A stretch of 64,000 nucleotides of DNA, taken from NCBI GenBank assembly GCA_963798915.1, contig CAWCVB010000001.1:96001-160000 (forward strand), in the 5' to 3' direction. Both the position numbers and the translations under genes were made by a program. Of the stretch, positions 40,033 to 50,074 are shown piece after piece. Each line of letters starts with the position of its first letter. Position 1 is the stretch's first letter. Under the pieces are notes generated by a model, which ran no database searches, was not told the DNA's origin, and saw nothing but the letters and a program-made list of their open reading frames with translations. This DNA comes from an uncultured Gemmatimonadales bacterium. Its GTDB lineage: Bacteria > Gemmatimonadota > Gemmatimonadetes > Gemmatimonadales > GWC2-71-9.

Positions 40033-40920
40033 TCAGTCCTGGACCACGATCAGGTATCGCGACGCGCCCCAGAACTTCTCAGGGTCGGCAATGTGCAGTG
40101 CGCTGCCCTTGATCTTGTAGCCGTCCTTGACCTCGTTCGAGAGGAAGGCCGGGTTCTGCCGGGAAATGATCTTGTAGGTCCGGGTGGAATCCGGCAGCGA
40201 GATCACCGAGTCGTTGATCCGGTGGATCACGGTGAAGGCCGACAGATTCGGGTCGCGGGCCGGCAGCAGCTTGGTGCCGCCAAAGATCAGGAACTTGCTG
40301 CCTTCCTTGACCGCCACGCCCTCGTCCCGCAGGTCCTTCTCAGTGCCCACCGCGTAATAGACGGTGTTCATGGTGTCGACCAGGGCCTGCTTCTCGCTCT
40401 CGACCCGGCCCTTTTGCGCCGTCACCGTGTCGAGGTTGGTCGCCAAGGTCGTGATCTGGGTCTTCTGGCTGTCAATGATGGCCAGGTACTCGGTCTGCTG
40501 CTGCTCGATCTGCGTCTTCATTTCTTCGATGTTCTGCTGATATCGGGTAATCTGGGCCGCCAGACGGGAATCCTTTTTGTCAAGCGCAGCCAGCCGGGCC
40601 TTGGCCTTGTCGAGCGACTCCTCGCTGGCCTGCAGCCGGGTGATGGCATCACGGATCTTGCCGAGCACCACCTGGCGCTGGTCATTCGCCGTAGTCGCGG
40701 CCTCGCCCTTGGTCACTGGATTGGCCCCAAGGTCCTTGACCTTGGCAAGCTCGGAATTGATGGAGCTGACCATCTCAGCGTTCGCGAGCACTTCATTCAA
40801 CAGACTGTCCTTCTCGGCCGAGACCCGCTGGGACTCGGCGAGTGCGGCATTGAGCTTCTGCTTGTCAGCACAACCCGCGACGGTCAGTGCCAACGCGGCC
40901 AGCACCAGCAACTTACGCAT
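40033..40920 (-). CDS. Coiled-coil lipoprotein (Cbp1-like family)
   Basis: Lipobox VAGC, long heptad region, then NTVYYAVGTEKDL...EG...GG and I.DPEKFW..SRYLI. Confidence 0.75.
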   Translation of the reverse strand: MRKLLVLAALALTVAGCADKQKLNAALAESQRVSAEKDSLLNEVLANAEMVSSINSELAKVKDLGANPVTKGEAATTANDQRQVVLGKIRDAITRLQASEESLDKAKARLAALDKKDSRLAAQITRYQQNIEEMKTQIEQQQTEYLAIIDSQKTQITTLATNLDTVTAQKGRVESEKQALVDTMNTVYYAVGTEKDLRDEGVAVKEGSKFLIFGGTKLLPARDPNLSAFTVIHRINDSVISLPDSTRTYKIISRQNPAFLSNEVKDGYKIKGSALHIADPEKFWGASRYLIVVQD

Positions 40921-41095
40921 ACCTGCTCCTGTGACTGGGAAGGCGCACCATCGCCGGATCGCCCCCCCCGGGCGTCCTGACGGTACGTATTACTTCTGGG
41001 CGTCAAGTTATGCGACGGTACCGGGCAGCGTAGTGATGGAAGTCACAGGGGCAGGATGGGCAGGATGGGCGGGACGGGAGGAAAGGGCGAAGCCC

Positions 41096-41197
41096 GTAGG
41101 GGCGGGTCTCAGACCCGCCCCCCTTCCGGCCCGCCGCCCAATCCGGACACGACAGCACGGGCGAGCCTCATGGATTCCCGCGTTCGCGGGAATGACG
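41096..41197. repeat. GTAG-type REP (41096-41121) and ATTCCC..GGGAATGAC palindrome (41170-41197)
   Basis: gtaggggcgggtctcagacccgccc and tggattcccgcgttcgcgggaatgacg. The second encodes the last residues of the RND gene. Confidence 0.75.
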
Positions 41198-44100
41198 ATG
41201 AAACATGAACTTGGCCGCCGCGCCCGTCCTGACCGTCCTGCCCGCCCAGTTTCCCCTCACCATCGCCGGCACCACGAACATCGCCCCGATCGTGCCAGCG
41301 AGGGTGCCGCCCGCCGTGGCCAGGGCAATGGCGCCGAAGAGACTATCGGCGTCGGTGCCGATGGCAAGCGGCAGCAGACTCGCCAGCGTCGTCAGCGTCA
41401 CCATGATGATCATCCCCGCGCGATCTTCGGCTGCCTGCACCACCTGCGCAACGCTCAGCCCTGCCCGCCCAGTCCGCCCGGCCCGTCTTGTCTCCAGCGC
41501 CGCGTCCACCAGCAGAATTGATTGATTGACCGCGAGTCCCACTACCAGAATGACGCCCACTGCCGCCTCGCGGGTAAAGGCATTGCCCGTGAGCCAGAAT
41601 GCCGCCACCACTCCGCCCAGTGCCAGCGGCAAGCTGAGGAAGATCATGGCCGCCGCCCAGATCGAGTCAAAGACGAGCGCCACTGACAGAATCACCAGGA
41701 CCACACCGATGCCGAAGACCAGCCAGAGTCCCTTGGCGCTGTCATCGGGACTCCAGGCAAATTCGTCGTCGCCCACGGAATAGCCTGGCGGCACGGTAAT
41801 GCTCGCCATGAAGGCCTTGTGAGTGCGTTCCGCGAGCTTGGGCGGCCCCCGGAATTCATAGCTCACGATCCGAAGGTACTGCTGGTCCTCCCGGCTCACC
41901 GTGCCAAGCCCGGTGGCCTCATCCACGGCGGCAAGATCGCGGATGCGGACCGGTGCGTCTGATGGCGAGGGCACGATGGCCTGGCGCAAGTCGTCGAGCG
42001 AGCGCGTCTGGGCGCCGACGCGCTCCACGCTTACGGGCAGCTCCTCGTCGCCGATCTGCAGCTTCATGGCCGTGGGCCCGCCGGCCAGTTCGCGCGCCAC
42101 GGCGCCGGCAAAGTCGCCGGCCGTCACGCCATAGCGAGCCAGCGCCGCGCGATCGGGGTCCAGCACCACACTGACCGTGCGCTCGGAGCGCCAGCTCGCC
42201 GCGTTGATGTCCACGTTCCGGACCCGCGGGATCCGTTCCAGCCGCCCCTTGAGATCGAGTGCCAGCTGCTCCACACCGTCGAACGAGTAGCCCAGCAACT
42301 TGATCCGGTAGCTGGACATCCCACCGCCCCCACTGCCACCGTAATAGCCCGGCCCCTGCGGCGGTTGGACTGAGACCTGGGCCCCACCGATGAGGAGGGC
42401 GCGCTGGGTCAGCTTCTCGTAGAGCTCGTACGGAAGGGGACCGAGTCCTGCCTCGCGTTCAAAAACGACGGTCATCCGGGCGCCGTCCGGCGACCCCTGG
42501 CTCTGGACTTCATCGACGCCGGGCACGCCCACGACGATCGCCTCAAACTCGCGCATGCCGCGGTCCAGACTTTCGGGGTCTGACCCACGTGGAAAGCTGA
42601 GCCCGGCCGAAAGGGTCGTGCGCGCGTCAGGCCCAAAGCTCCAGCTCGACCTCGGCACCTTCTTGATGAAGCCCCACGTGAGCACCCCCACTGCGGCGGC
42701 CGCGAACGACAGGGTGACCCAGCGCCAGCGCACCAGGCCCCCGACCGCCTTTCCATATATATGGCGCAGCCGGGACGACCCTGACCGGTGGATCCCATGG
42801 CCGGCGCCCAGGGCCGGCACCATGATGAGCGCCGAGAGCACTGACCAGGCCAGCGCGAGGGCAAACGCGGCGGCAAAGGGGATGAAGGCCGCCCGTGCGT
42901 TCCCTTGCAGATAAAGAAACGGAAAGAGCACGACCGCCGTGGTGAGCGTGGCGCCCACGACGGCCGGCATGATCCGCCGGCCCGCTTCCGCTCGTCCGTC
43001 CGGCGTGTCCTCCGCGGTCCGCAGCCGTTCCACCACGACCAGGCCGTTGTCCACCAGAATGCCGATGCCCATGCCCAGGCCGGCCAGGGTGAGCAGGTTC
43101 GCAGGAATGTGAAGCAGGTACAGCCCGAGCGAGGTACCGGCGATCGCCACGGCAGCGCTGCCCATCACCAGCGCCACCGACTTGACATTGCGCAGCGCGA
43201 TGCCGAGCACCAGCAGCACGACGCCAAAGGCGATGGCGCCCCGCAGCATCAGCTCATTGAGCTGCCTGGCCAGCTCGACACTTTCGTCGTCCTGCAGCGT
43301 GAGGACCACGCCGGGCGGGAGGAGCCGGGTGACGTTGGCCACCTCCGCCTTGACCCGTGCGGCCGTCTTGATCGCGTCGGCACCGGGAAGGCGCGAGACC
43401 GAGAGCGCCACCGCCGTTTCGCCATTGAGACGATAGAATCGCCCGCGGTTATCCTCCGACGGGCGCACCGTCGCGAGCTCACCGAGTCGAAACACCCCGC
43501 CGCCCGGGCCGACAATGGGCAGCTTCTCGAGGTCGGACAGACTGCCGGGCTCATCGCGCACCACCACCGCGCTCTGGGTGGCACCTTGCTGTTCTTCGCC
43601 CAGCGCCTGCACCACGCGCGCGTTCTGCACCGCTGTCCGGATGGCGACCGGCGAGATCCCCAGCTGGCGCAGTCGCGAGCCATCGTATGACACCGTGACG
43701 CCCGGCGTGGCGCCACCGTAGGAATTGACACCGCTCACGCCCTCGACCGCCTGGAGCCGGGGTTTGGCGATATCGTTGCTGATCTTGAGCAATGCGCCCG
43801 GTGTGTAGGGCCCCGCCATGGTATACCGCAGCAGCGGCTGTTCCTGCAGATCGTCGGGAACGTAGTTCAAGACCTGGGGCGGCGAGACGCCGGGAGGGAA
43901 ATCACCGCGAATCGCTTCCAGGCGTTCGTGAATGGCGAGTCGCGCCATCTGCACGTCCGTTTCCGGCTCCAGCTCCACCGTGATCATGGCGGAGCCCTCG
44001 CTCGATTCGCTGCTGGTCTTCTTGACGCCGCGCACCGGCTGGATCGCTGCCTCGACGGGCGACGTAACGTAGGTCTCCATCAGCTCGGCGGAGACACCGG

Positions 44101-44248
44101 GCCAGCTGGAGGAGATCTGGAGACGTGGCAGCTCGACGGTGGTACGGGTGGCAAGCGGGAGACGGGTGAAGGCCACGCCGCCGGCCAGCAGCAGCGAGAA
44201 CGCGATGGCCCAGATAACGGCCGGGCGGTGCGCGGCCCAGCGAATCAC
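41168..44248 (-). CDS. RND efflux permease (AcrB/MdtBC-like), second subunit
   Basis: GTG start at 44248 overlaps the upstream TGA. Motifs SAELMETYVTSPVE, GILVDNGLVVVE, PLALGG, GG...GT. Confidence 0.92.
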   Translation of the reverse strand: MIRWAAHRPAVIWAIAFSLLLAGGVAFTRLPLATRTTVELPRLQISSSWPGVSAELMETYVTSPVEAAIQPVRGVKKTSSESSEGSAMITVELEPETDVQMARLAIHERLEAIRGDFPPGVSPPQVLNYVPDDLQEQPLLRYTMAGPYTPGALLKISNDIAKPRLQAVEGVSGVNSYGGATPGVTVSYDGSRLRQLGISPVAIRTAVQNARVVQALGEEQQGATQSAVVVRDEPGSLSDLEKLPIVGPGGGVFRLGELATVRPSEDNRGRFYRLNGETAVALSVSRLPGADAIKTAARVKAEVANVTRLLPPGVVLTLQDDESVELARQLNELMLRGAIAFGVVLLVLGIALRNVKSVALVMGSAAVAIAGTSLGLYLLHIPANLLTLAGLGMGIGILVDNGLVVVERLRTAEDTPDGRAEAGRRIMPAVVGATLTTAVVLFPFLYLQGNARAAFIPFAAAFALALAWSVLSALIMVPALGAGHGIHRSGSSRLRHIYGKAVGGLVRWRWVTLSFAAAAVGVLTWGFIKKVPRSSWSFGPDARTTLSAGLSFPRGSDPESLDRGMREFEAIVVGVPGVDEVQSQGSPDGARMTVVFEREAGLGPLPYELYEKLTQRALLIGGAQVSVQPPQGPGYYGGSGGGGMSSYRIKLLGYSFDGVEQLALDLKGRLERIPRVRNVDINAASWRSERTVSVVLDPDRAALARYGVTAGDFAGAVARELAGGPTAMKLQIGDEELPVSVERVGAQTRSLDDLRQAIVPSPSDAPVRIRDLAAVDEATGLGTVSREDQQYLRIVSYEFRGPPKLAERTHKAFMASITVPPGYSVGDDEFAWSPDDSAKGLWLVFGIGVVLVILSVALVFDSIWAAAMIFLSLPLALGGVVAAFWLTGNAFTREAAVGVILVVGLAVNQSILLVDAALETRRAGRTGRAGLSVAQVVQAAEDRAGMIIMVTLTTLASLLPLAIGTDADSLFGAIALATAGGTLAGTIGAMFVVPAMVRGNWAGRTVRTGAAAKFMFHRHSRERGNP

Positions 44249-47200
44249 GTTGCCTCCACCGCCTTGCCCACCGCGGCTGACCGGCGCGCGCGCCGGCGCT
44301 CCCGCCAACGCTCGGTCACGGAGTACGCCGTCGGTAGCAGGAAGAACGTGACCAGCGTCGCCGTCACCGAGCCGCCGATGATGCCGGCGGCAAGGGGCTG
44401 ATAGAGCTCACCACCACTGCCAATGCCGAGCACCAGCGGGAGCACGCCCACCACGGTGGTAAGCGACGTCATGGTGATGGCGCGGAGCCGCTGCATGCCC
44501 CCCGCCAGGATGGCGTCATTGATCGAATACCCCTCGGCGCGGAAGCGGCGGATGGCATCGAGCTTTACCACCGCATCGTTGTCCGCGATACCGATCATCA
44601 CCACCATGCCGATGAGCGAGACGGCGTTGAGACTCTGTCCCGTGATCCAGAGGACAAAGATTCCGCCCGCCGCCGCCAGCGGCACGGTGAGCATCACCAG
44701 CAGCGGCGTGGTGAAGCTGCCGAACTCGCCGGCCAGCACCAGGAAGACCAGCGCCACCGACAGAATGGCGACCACCGTGAGTTCTTTGGTGGTGCGGCGC
44801 TGTTCCACGTCGGCGCCGGTCACCTGCCAGGTGATACCGGAAGGCGGACTGAGGGTCGAGAGCAGTGACTCCACGTCGCTGGACGCCCGTGCTGTGCCGC
44901 CCTGCTCCACCACGCCTTCGACGATATTCACTGGCCGCTGGCCGGAGCGCACCACTTCGACTGGAGCCTGCACCTCCTCCACCTGCACGAGCTGGCCCAC
45001 CGGGACGCCGTTCACCGGCGTGGCCAGGGCGGTCTGGAGGTCCTCGTTGAGCGCGCCGGCAAAGCGCACGCGAATGGGAATGCGGCGGTCGGTGAGCCGC
45101 AGTTCATCGGCGGCAACGCCGCCCAGGCCGCCCGCCAGTGCGTTGACCACCTCCTGCACCGCGATGCCGCGCTGGGCCATGCGGCCGCGCAGCAGGGTCA
45201 CTTCGAGCTGGGGCTGGGTGCTGCTGTAGGCGGCGCGGACGTCGGCCAGGGTGGGCAGCTTCTCCATCAACGTCTGGATGCTGTCGGCCCACCGGTCGGC
45301 ATCCGCCGAATGGGTCGCCGAGACTTCCACCTTGACCAGCCGTCCCTCCCGGCCAATCAGGCTCCCGAACTCCGACTGGCCGGCGAGGTCGAGCGCAAGC
45401 GAGCCCGCTGCGAGATCCGGCACCGCGGCACGCAGCGCATCAGCAAAGTTGCCGGCGTCCTTGCCGTCCGGTACGGGAATGATCAGCTGCGCCGAGGCGG
45501 AGGTGCCGGGATCGGCGCCGGAGAGCACCTCTTCATCGGTGGCCTGGCCGATGCGGGCGTAGATACCGGAGGAGCCAAGCTTTTCCGCGGCATCCACGAT
45601 GCGCCTCGCCTGGCGCATCGTCTCCTCGATGGCGGTCCCCTCGGCGAGCCGCACGTCGGCCACCACGGTGCCTTCGTCCACGCGGGGAAGAATTTCACGC
45701 GGCAGCCGCATGGCCACGAGCGCCGTCACGATCACCAGCCCCAGCGCCATGCCGAACACCGCGCGCGGATGTGCCAGGGACCAGATCATCCCGTGTTCGT
45801 ACCATCGCACGGGGGCGGGCACGCGCGCGGGAGGGGCAAAGGCTAGCCTTTGCCCCTCCCGCGCGCGGCGGCGCGATTTCATCATCATCACCGGCATCAG
45901 CGTGAGGGCCAGCACCAGGGAGGCGGCGAGCGACATCACCACGCTGAGCGAGAGATCGCGGAAGAGCGCCGCGGCGAGCCCGCGCACAAAGACGATCGGC
46001 CCGAACACCAGCAGGGTAGTGAGCGTGCCGGCGATCAGCGGGCCGCTCACTTCCTCGGTGGCGCGGCGGGCGGCCTCCATGGCTGGCACGCCCCGCTCGC
46101 GATATCGCCCGGTGGCCTCGGCCACCACGATCGCATTGTCCACCAGCAGGCCGACACCGAGGGCGAGCCCGCCGAGGGAGAGGATATTGATCGTGACATC
46201 GAGGAGCTGGAGAATCACCAGCGCCACCAGCACCGACAGCGGCACGATCAGCCCGATGGCGAGCGAGGCGCGCCAGTCCTTGAGAAAGAAGAGAATCACC
46301 AGCAGTGAAAGAATCCCGCCGGCGATGATCTCCTGGGAGAGGTTGCCGAGGGCATCGTTGACAAACCGCGCCTGCGCCGCCACCACGTGCATCTTGACGT
46401 CGGGGAATTCTTCTTCCAGCTGACTGATGGATTGATACATCCCGCGGGTCACGGCCACCGTGTTGGAGCCGGCGTCCTTGTAGACCACGAGGCCCACGGC
46501 GGCCTTCCCGTCCAGCAGCGTCTCGGTGCGCGGGTCGGCGGTGGTGAGCGACACCGTGGCGAGGTCGGAGAGCTTGATGCCGGAGCCGGCCGGCCCCACC
46601 GGTGTCTCGCCGATTTCCTGCGGGGTTCGAAACTCCGCAAAGGTGCGCACCGAGAAGCGGAACTGGCCTCGGCGGATAGTGCCGCCCGGTGTGCTCCGGT
46701 TGGCATTTTCAACTGCGGTGGCGATTTCGTCGGGATTGAGGCCCAGCGCCCGCATCCGTTCGGGATCCACCTCGATCCGGATCTCGTCTTCCGGCGCACC
46801 CACTACGGCCACACTGGCCACGCCATCGAGCTGCTCCAGCCGGCGGCTGTGCACGTCACGCGCGGTGTTGGCAATGGAGCGGAGGTCGCCGGGGCCGGTG
46901 AGCGCCAGCACGGCGATGGGGCGTTCCCCCGGATCGCTGGTGAGCAGCGTGGGCCGGTCGGCCCCTTCCGGCAGCGCGCCGCGGGCGTTGTCGAGCCGCT
47001 CGCGCACGGTGAGCACCGTGCCCGCCATGTCGGTGCCCCAGGCAAAGCGTGCGGTGGTGGTCACCTCCCCGTTCCGGCTCACACTGCGGAGGTCCACCAG
47101 TCCTGGTGTCGCCGCGATGGCCTGTTCGATCGGCTCGGCGACGAGGCGGGATACTTCGGTCGCGGCGGCACCGGAGTAGGCAGTGCGGATGGTAAGCACC

Positions 47201-47328
47201 GGCAGGGTCACGTCGGGGAGCAGCGATACCGGCAGCCGGCCGATCGAGATGATGCCAAGCAGCACCACCGCGATGGTGGCGGCAATGGTACTGACCGGGC
47301 GGCGCAGTGCGGCGGAGGCGAGGGACAA
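44245..47328 (-). CDS. RND efflux permease (AcrB/MdtBC-like), first subunit
   Basis: Motifs RRPV, LPVSLLPD, GLLVDNAIVVAE, RLRAITMTSLTT, PLAAGIIGG. Confidence 0.93.
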   Translation of the reverse strand: MSLASAALRRPVSTIAATIAVVLLGIISIGRLPVSLLPDVTLPVLTIRTAYSGAAATEVSRLVAEPIEQAIAATPGLVDLRSVSRNGEVTTTARFAWGTDMAGTVLTVRERLDNARGALPEGADRPTLLTSDPGERPIAVLALTGPGDLRSIANTARDVHSRRLEQLDGVASVAVVGAPEDEIRIEVDPERMRALGLNPDEIATAVENANRSTPGGTIRRGQFRFSVRTFAEFRTPQEIGETPVGPAGSGIKLSDLATVSLTTADPRTETLLDGKAAVGLVVYKDAGSNTVAVTRGMYQSISQLEEEFPDVKMHVVAAQARFVNDALGNLSQEIIAGGILSLLVILFFLKDWRASLAIGLIVPLSVLVALVILQLLDVTINILSLGGLALGVGLLVDNAIVVAEATGRYRERGVPAMEAARRATEEVSGPLIAGTLTTLLVFGPIVFVRGLAAALFRDLSLSVVMSLAASLVLALTLMPVMMMKSRRRAREGQRLAFAPPARVPAPVRWYEHGMIWSLAHPRAVFGMALGLVIVTALVAMRLPREILPRVDEGTVVADVRLAEGTAIEETMRQARRIVDAAEKLGSSGIYARIGQATDEEVLSGADPGTSASAQLIIPVPDGKDAGNFADALRAAVPDLAAGSLALDLAGQSEFGSLIGREGRLVKVEVSATHSADADRWADSIQTLMEKLPTLADVRAAYSSTQPQLEVTLLRGRMAQRGIAVQEVVNALAGGLGGVAADELRLTDRRIPIRVRFAGALNEDLQTALATPVNGVPVGQLVQVEEVQAPVEVVRSGQRPVNIVEGVVEQGGTARASSDVESLLSTLSPPSGITWQVTGADVEQRRTTKELTVVAILSVALVFLVLAGEFGSFTTPLLVMLTVPLAAAGGIFVLWITGQSLNAVSLIGMVVMIGIADNDAVVKLDAIRRFRAEGYSINDAILAGGMQRLRAITMTSLTTVVGVLPLVLGIGSGGELYQPLAAGIIGGSVTATLVTFFLLPTAYSVTERWRERRRARRSAAVGKAVEAT

Positions 47329-47357
47329 GGAGTTGGGGGTTAGGGGTTAGCGATTGG

Positions 47358-47490
47358 CGGTCGTCGGTCTTCAGTCGTCGGTCGTCAGCATGTGGCATCC
47401 CTACTGGATTCCTCGCTGCGCTCGGAATGACACATAGAAGAATCGACGCCTGACGATCGACGACTGACGACAGACGACCGAAGACTCGCG
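47358..47490. repeat. Nested repeat: inverted heptamer tracts around a half REP-like element
   Basis: ggtcgtcggtcttcagtcgtcggtcgtc, then gattcctcgctgcgctcggaatgaca, then gacgatcgacgactgacgacagacgacc. Confidence 0.8.
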
Positions 47491-47506
47491 GTTGTCGACC
47501 GTCGAC

Positions 47507-48622
47507 CTAATCCTTCGCCTCCTCCACATCCCGCCGCATCTCCACCTTCACCGGTGCATCATGCGTGAGCGTGAGATGGCCCGAGATGAGCACCGTGTCG
47601 CCGGGCGCCACCGGAATCTCGTTGCTGGCGGAATCCGGCAGGATGACCGTCTCCATGCCGTTGGATCGGCCGGGATTCACATAGGTCCACTTGGCCCGGC
47701 CTTCTTTCACCACGAAGACCAGCGGGCGCCCATCGCGCTCGAGCACGGCGGACGCCGGGACAATGATCTCGTTGGGCAGCCGGCTGCTCTCCAGCCGCAC
47801 GTCGGCGTACATGCCGGGGCGGAGCGGACCGGGGTTGGGGAGACTCACGATCACCTTGCCGGCGCGGGTGGTGCTGTCCACCAGCGGGAGCACGGCGGCG
47901 ATGCGGCCTTCGATGACGCGATCAGGAACTGCCGCCGTCGTGATGCGGGCCCGGCCACCTTGTTTGACCAGCGGGAGATCGTGTTCCAACACACTGGCTT
48001 CGAGCCGCATGCTGGCGAGACTCACCACGGTGGCGAGTTCGTCGCCAGCGGAGACCCGGGTGCCGGCTGCCACCGGCACGGCGTCAATCACGCCGCTGAA
48101 TGGGGCGGTGACGACGGCGCGGTCGCGGTCCAGCTTGGCCTTTTCGAGCTGGACCCGGGCGGCGGCGAGGCCGGAACGCGCCAGCGCATTCTGGCGGCGC
48201 TCCTTGGTCGGCGCCTGTCCTGAGACAATCGAGTCGGGGACGATGTTGTCGGTGTACTGCACCTGGGCCTGCGCCACCGCCGCCTCGGCCGACTGCACGT
48301 CCAGATCGAACGGGCGCGGATCGTACCGCACCAGTGTCTGGCCCTTGGACACGTGCTGGCCCGACTTCACCAGCACATCGGCGATGGTGCCCGGCACCTC
48401 GGCGCGGAGCCTGGCCACGTCGGCGCGGACCTGGCCATTGGTCGCGACGGTGAGGACCAGGTCGCCCTTCCGGACCACATCCCCCACCACCGGGAGCGAG
48501 AGGGTGCTGGCGCTGCGGGTGGCGGTGGAATCCGCCGTCGGACCGTCGGCCGCGCCCTTCTTGCAGGCGGACAGCGGCAGCAGCAGCGCGGCGGAGAGGG
48601 GGAGCAGGTCCCGCAGGGTCAT
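47507..48622 (-). CDS. RND periplasmic adaptor (membrane fusion) lipoprotein
   Basis: Lipobox LSAC. Motifs G.HVSKGQ.L, APFSGVI, LRPGMY, VPASAV. Confidence 0.92.
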   Translation of the reverse strand: MTLRDLLPLSAALLLPLSACKKGAADGPTADSTATRSASTLSLPVVGDVVRKGDLVLTVATNGQVRADVARLRAEVPGTIADVLVKSGQHVSKGQTLVRYDPRPFDLDVQSAEAAVAQAQVQYTDNIVPDSIVSGQAPTKERRQNALARSGLAAARVQLEKAKLDRDRAVVTAPFSGVIDAVPVAAGTRVSAGDELATVVSLASMRLEASVLEHDLPLVKQGGRARITTAAVPDRVIEGRIAAVLPLVDSTTRAGKVIVSLPNPGPLRPGMYADVRLESSRLPNEIIVPASAVLERDGRPLVFVVKEGRAKWTYVNPGRSNGMETVILPDSASNEIPVAPGDTVLISGHLTLTHDAPVKVEMRRDVEEAKD

Positions 48623-48713
48623 CGGGGAGTCCGGGAATGGGAACGCGGGTCGCGTCGGGGCAGAGCCATGGCTCTGACCGTACGAGGGTCGAGGGAACCG
48701 AAACTCGCCCATT

Positions 48714-48860
48714 TGTCATTCCCGCGAACTTCCCGCTTTCGCGGGAATGACGGGGAATCCATGAGGGCTCACCCCAGGTGAGTCGCCCCGCCCGCAATGG
48801 TCGCGGGTCACTCGACCCGAGACCCGAGACCCGAGACCCGAGACCCGAGACCCGAGACCC
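48714..48860. repeat. TGTCATTCCC..GGGAATGAC palindrome plus (GACCCGA)n heptamer tract
   Basis: tgtcattcccgcgaacttcccgctttcgcgggaatgacggggaatcc, and about 6.5 GACCCGA copies at 48814-48860. Confidence 0.82.
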
Positions 48861-48933
48861 CAAAAAGATGCGCCCAAGGCCTCAATGGTTGCTCAACGGG
48901 TGGCTCCGAGATACAGGGCACAATGGGACGCCA

Positions 48934-49650
48934 TCAGAAGCCTGTCAACTCTGGTTGACCCGCCCCCCCCCCGACGCCCCCCCGAGGGAAGCGCGCTTCG
49001 AGTCGGAGCGCCGCCTCCACCCGCCACTCCCAGCCGACGCGGTGGCTGAACTCGTGGAGGGATACATCCAGACAGGTGCGGACGCGATGCCGCAGAGTTC
49101 GCACATCCATGTCATAGCGCCCGGCCAATCCTTCCGCCGATTCATGCGCGGCCGTTTTTATTTTCGCGAGCTGAATCACCCATTCCCAGTGCCGGGGACT
49201 GAAGTGATTGCCCTGGCTGAAACGGCGACGCACTGAGCGGCGAGACAGCTCATTGCGTCCCTCCGCCACGAGTAGCCGAAGATGGGCCGCCAGCTTTTCC
49301 TGACCCGGGCGAGAGTCCACATAACGAAGCACTTCGGTAGCCGTCGGAGGCCGGCGGTTGCGGATGGCCGAGAGAGGACTCATGCCTGGTTTCAGAAAGA
49401 CGGGCACGCCGGGCAGCGACGAGACGGCGTCATACAGCTTGTCCAGATCCACTCTGGGGGTGTCGTCGGGCTGTTTCACAACGAGGCTGCACCAAGGAGC
49501 GGAGCCACGGACACCGAGCAGCGCCTGAATGCTCGCATGATCTGACCTGAACGGCCACAGTAGGATCGAGCCCAAGGGAGGGTCGGCGTGCCACGGCGAT
49601 TCGTCTAAGTAAGGCGGGACCAATAGCTTGCAGGCGAACAACGGGGGCAT
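48934..49650 (-). CDS. Putative transcriptional regulator with C-terminal AraC-like double HTH
   Basis: SRRSVRRRF...SPRHW...SAEGLAGRYDMDVRTLRHRVRTCLDVS pattern. Divergent from the propeller cluster. Confidence 0.55.
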   Translation of the reverse strand: MPPLFACKLLVPPYLDESPWHADPPLGSILLWPFRSDHASIQALLGVRGSAPWCSLVVKQPDDTPRVDLDKLYDAVSSLPGVPVFLKPGMSPLSAIRNRRPPTATEVLRYVDSRPGQEKLAAHLRLLVAEGRNELSRRSVRRRFSQGNHFSPRHWEWVIQLAKIKTAAHESAEGLAGRYDMDVRTLRHRVRTCLDVSLHEFSHRVGWEWRVEAALRLEARFPRGGVGGGAGQPELTGF

Positions 49651-50074
49651 TGCTCACTCCGAGTGCGATCTGGAAGCCTCCATAGTAGGGAACGCCGCAT
49701 CACGGCGATACTGGGTTTTTCCCAATTCCGATAACTTTCCTCGGAATTCGCGATTCCGGGCAGGCGGTCCACAGGCAAGAAACGGCAGGATCTGGCCGGA
49801 GTCGGTATTCCTCGGTGCGATGGCTGCGCATTAAAGTGGATGCGCTTGAAGATTTCTCTGATATGCCTGGCCTTCTTAAGTCAGCGTAGCCACCGCAGGC
49901 ACCGAACTTTGCAACTGTAAGCGTCACCATGTCTAGCATCACCTCGCCCAGCTGCCGCTACGCACTCTCGCAATCTCGCTTGGCGCCGTCGAGTCCGTCA
50001 GGTATCTGCATGACCAATACTCAGCATCACATCCTAGCACAGTGTCGCAGCTTCATCCATCCATCGGTACTACC

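Noticed and set aside
49700..49942. 80-aa ORF in the regulator-propeller intergenic region as a second peptide
   Set aside because: No clear RBS, signal peptide or Cys pattern. More likely divergent promoter DNA.
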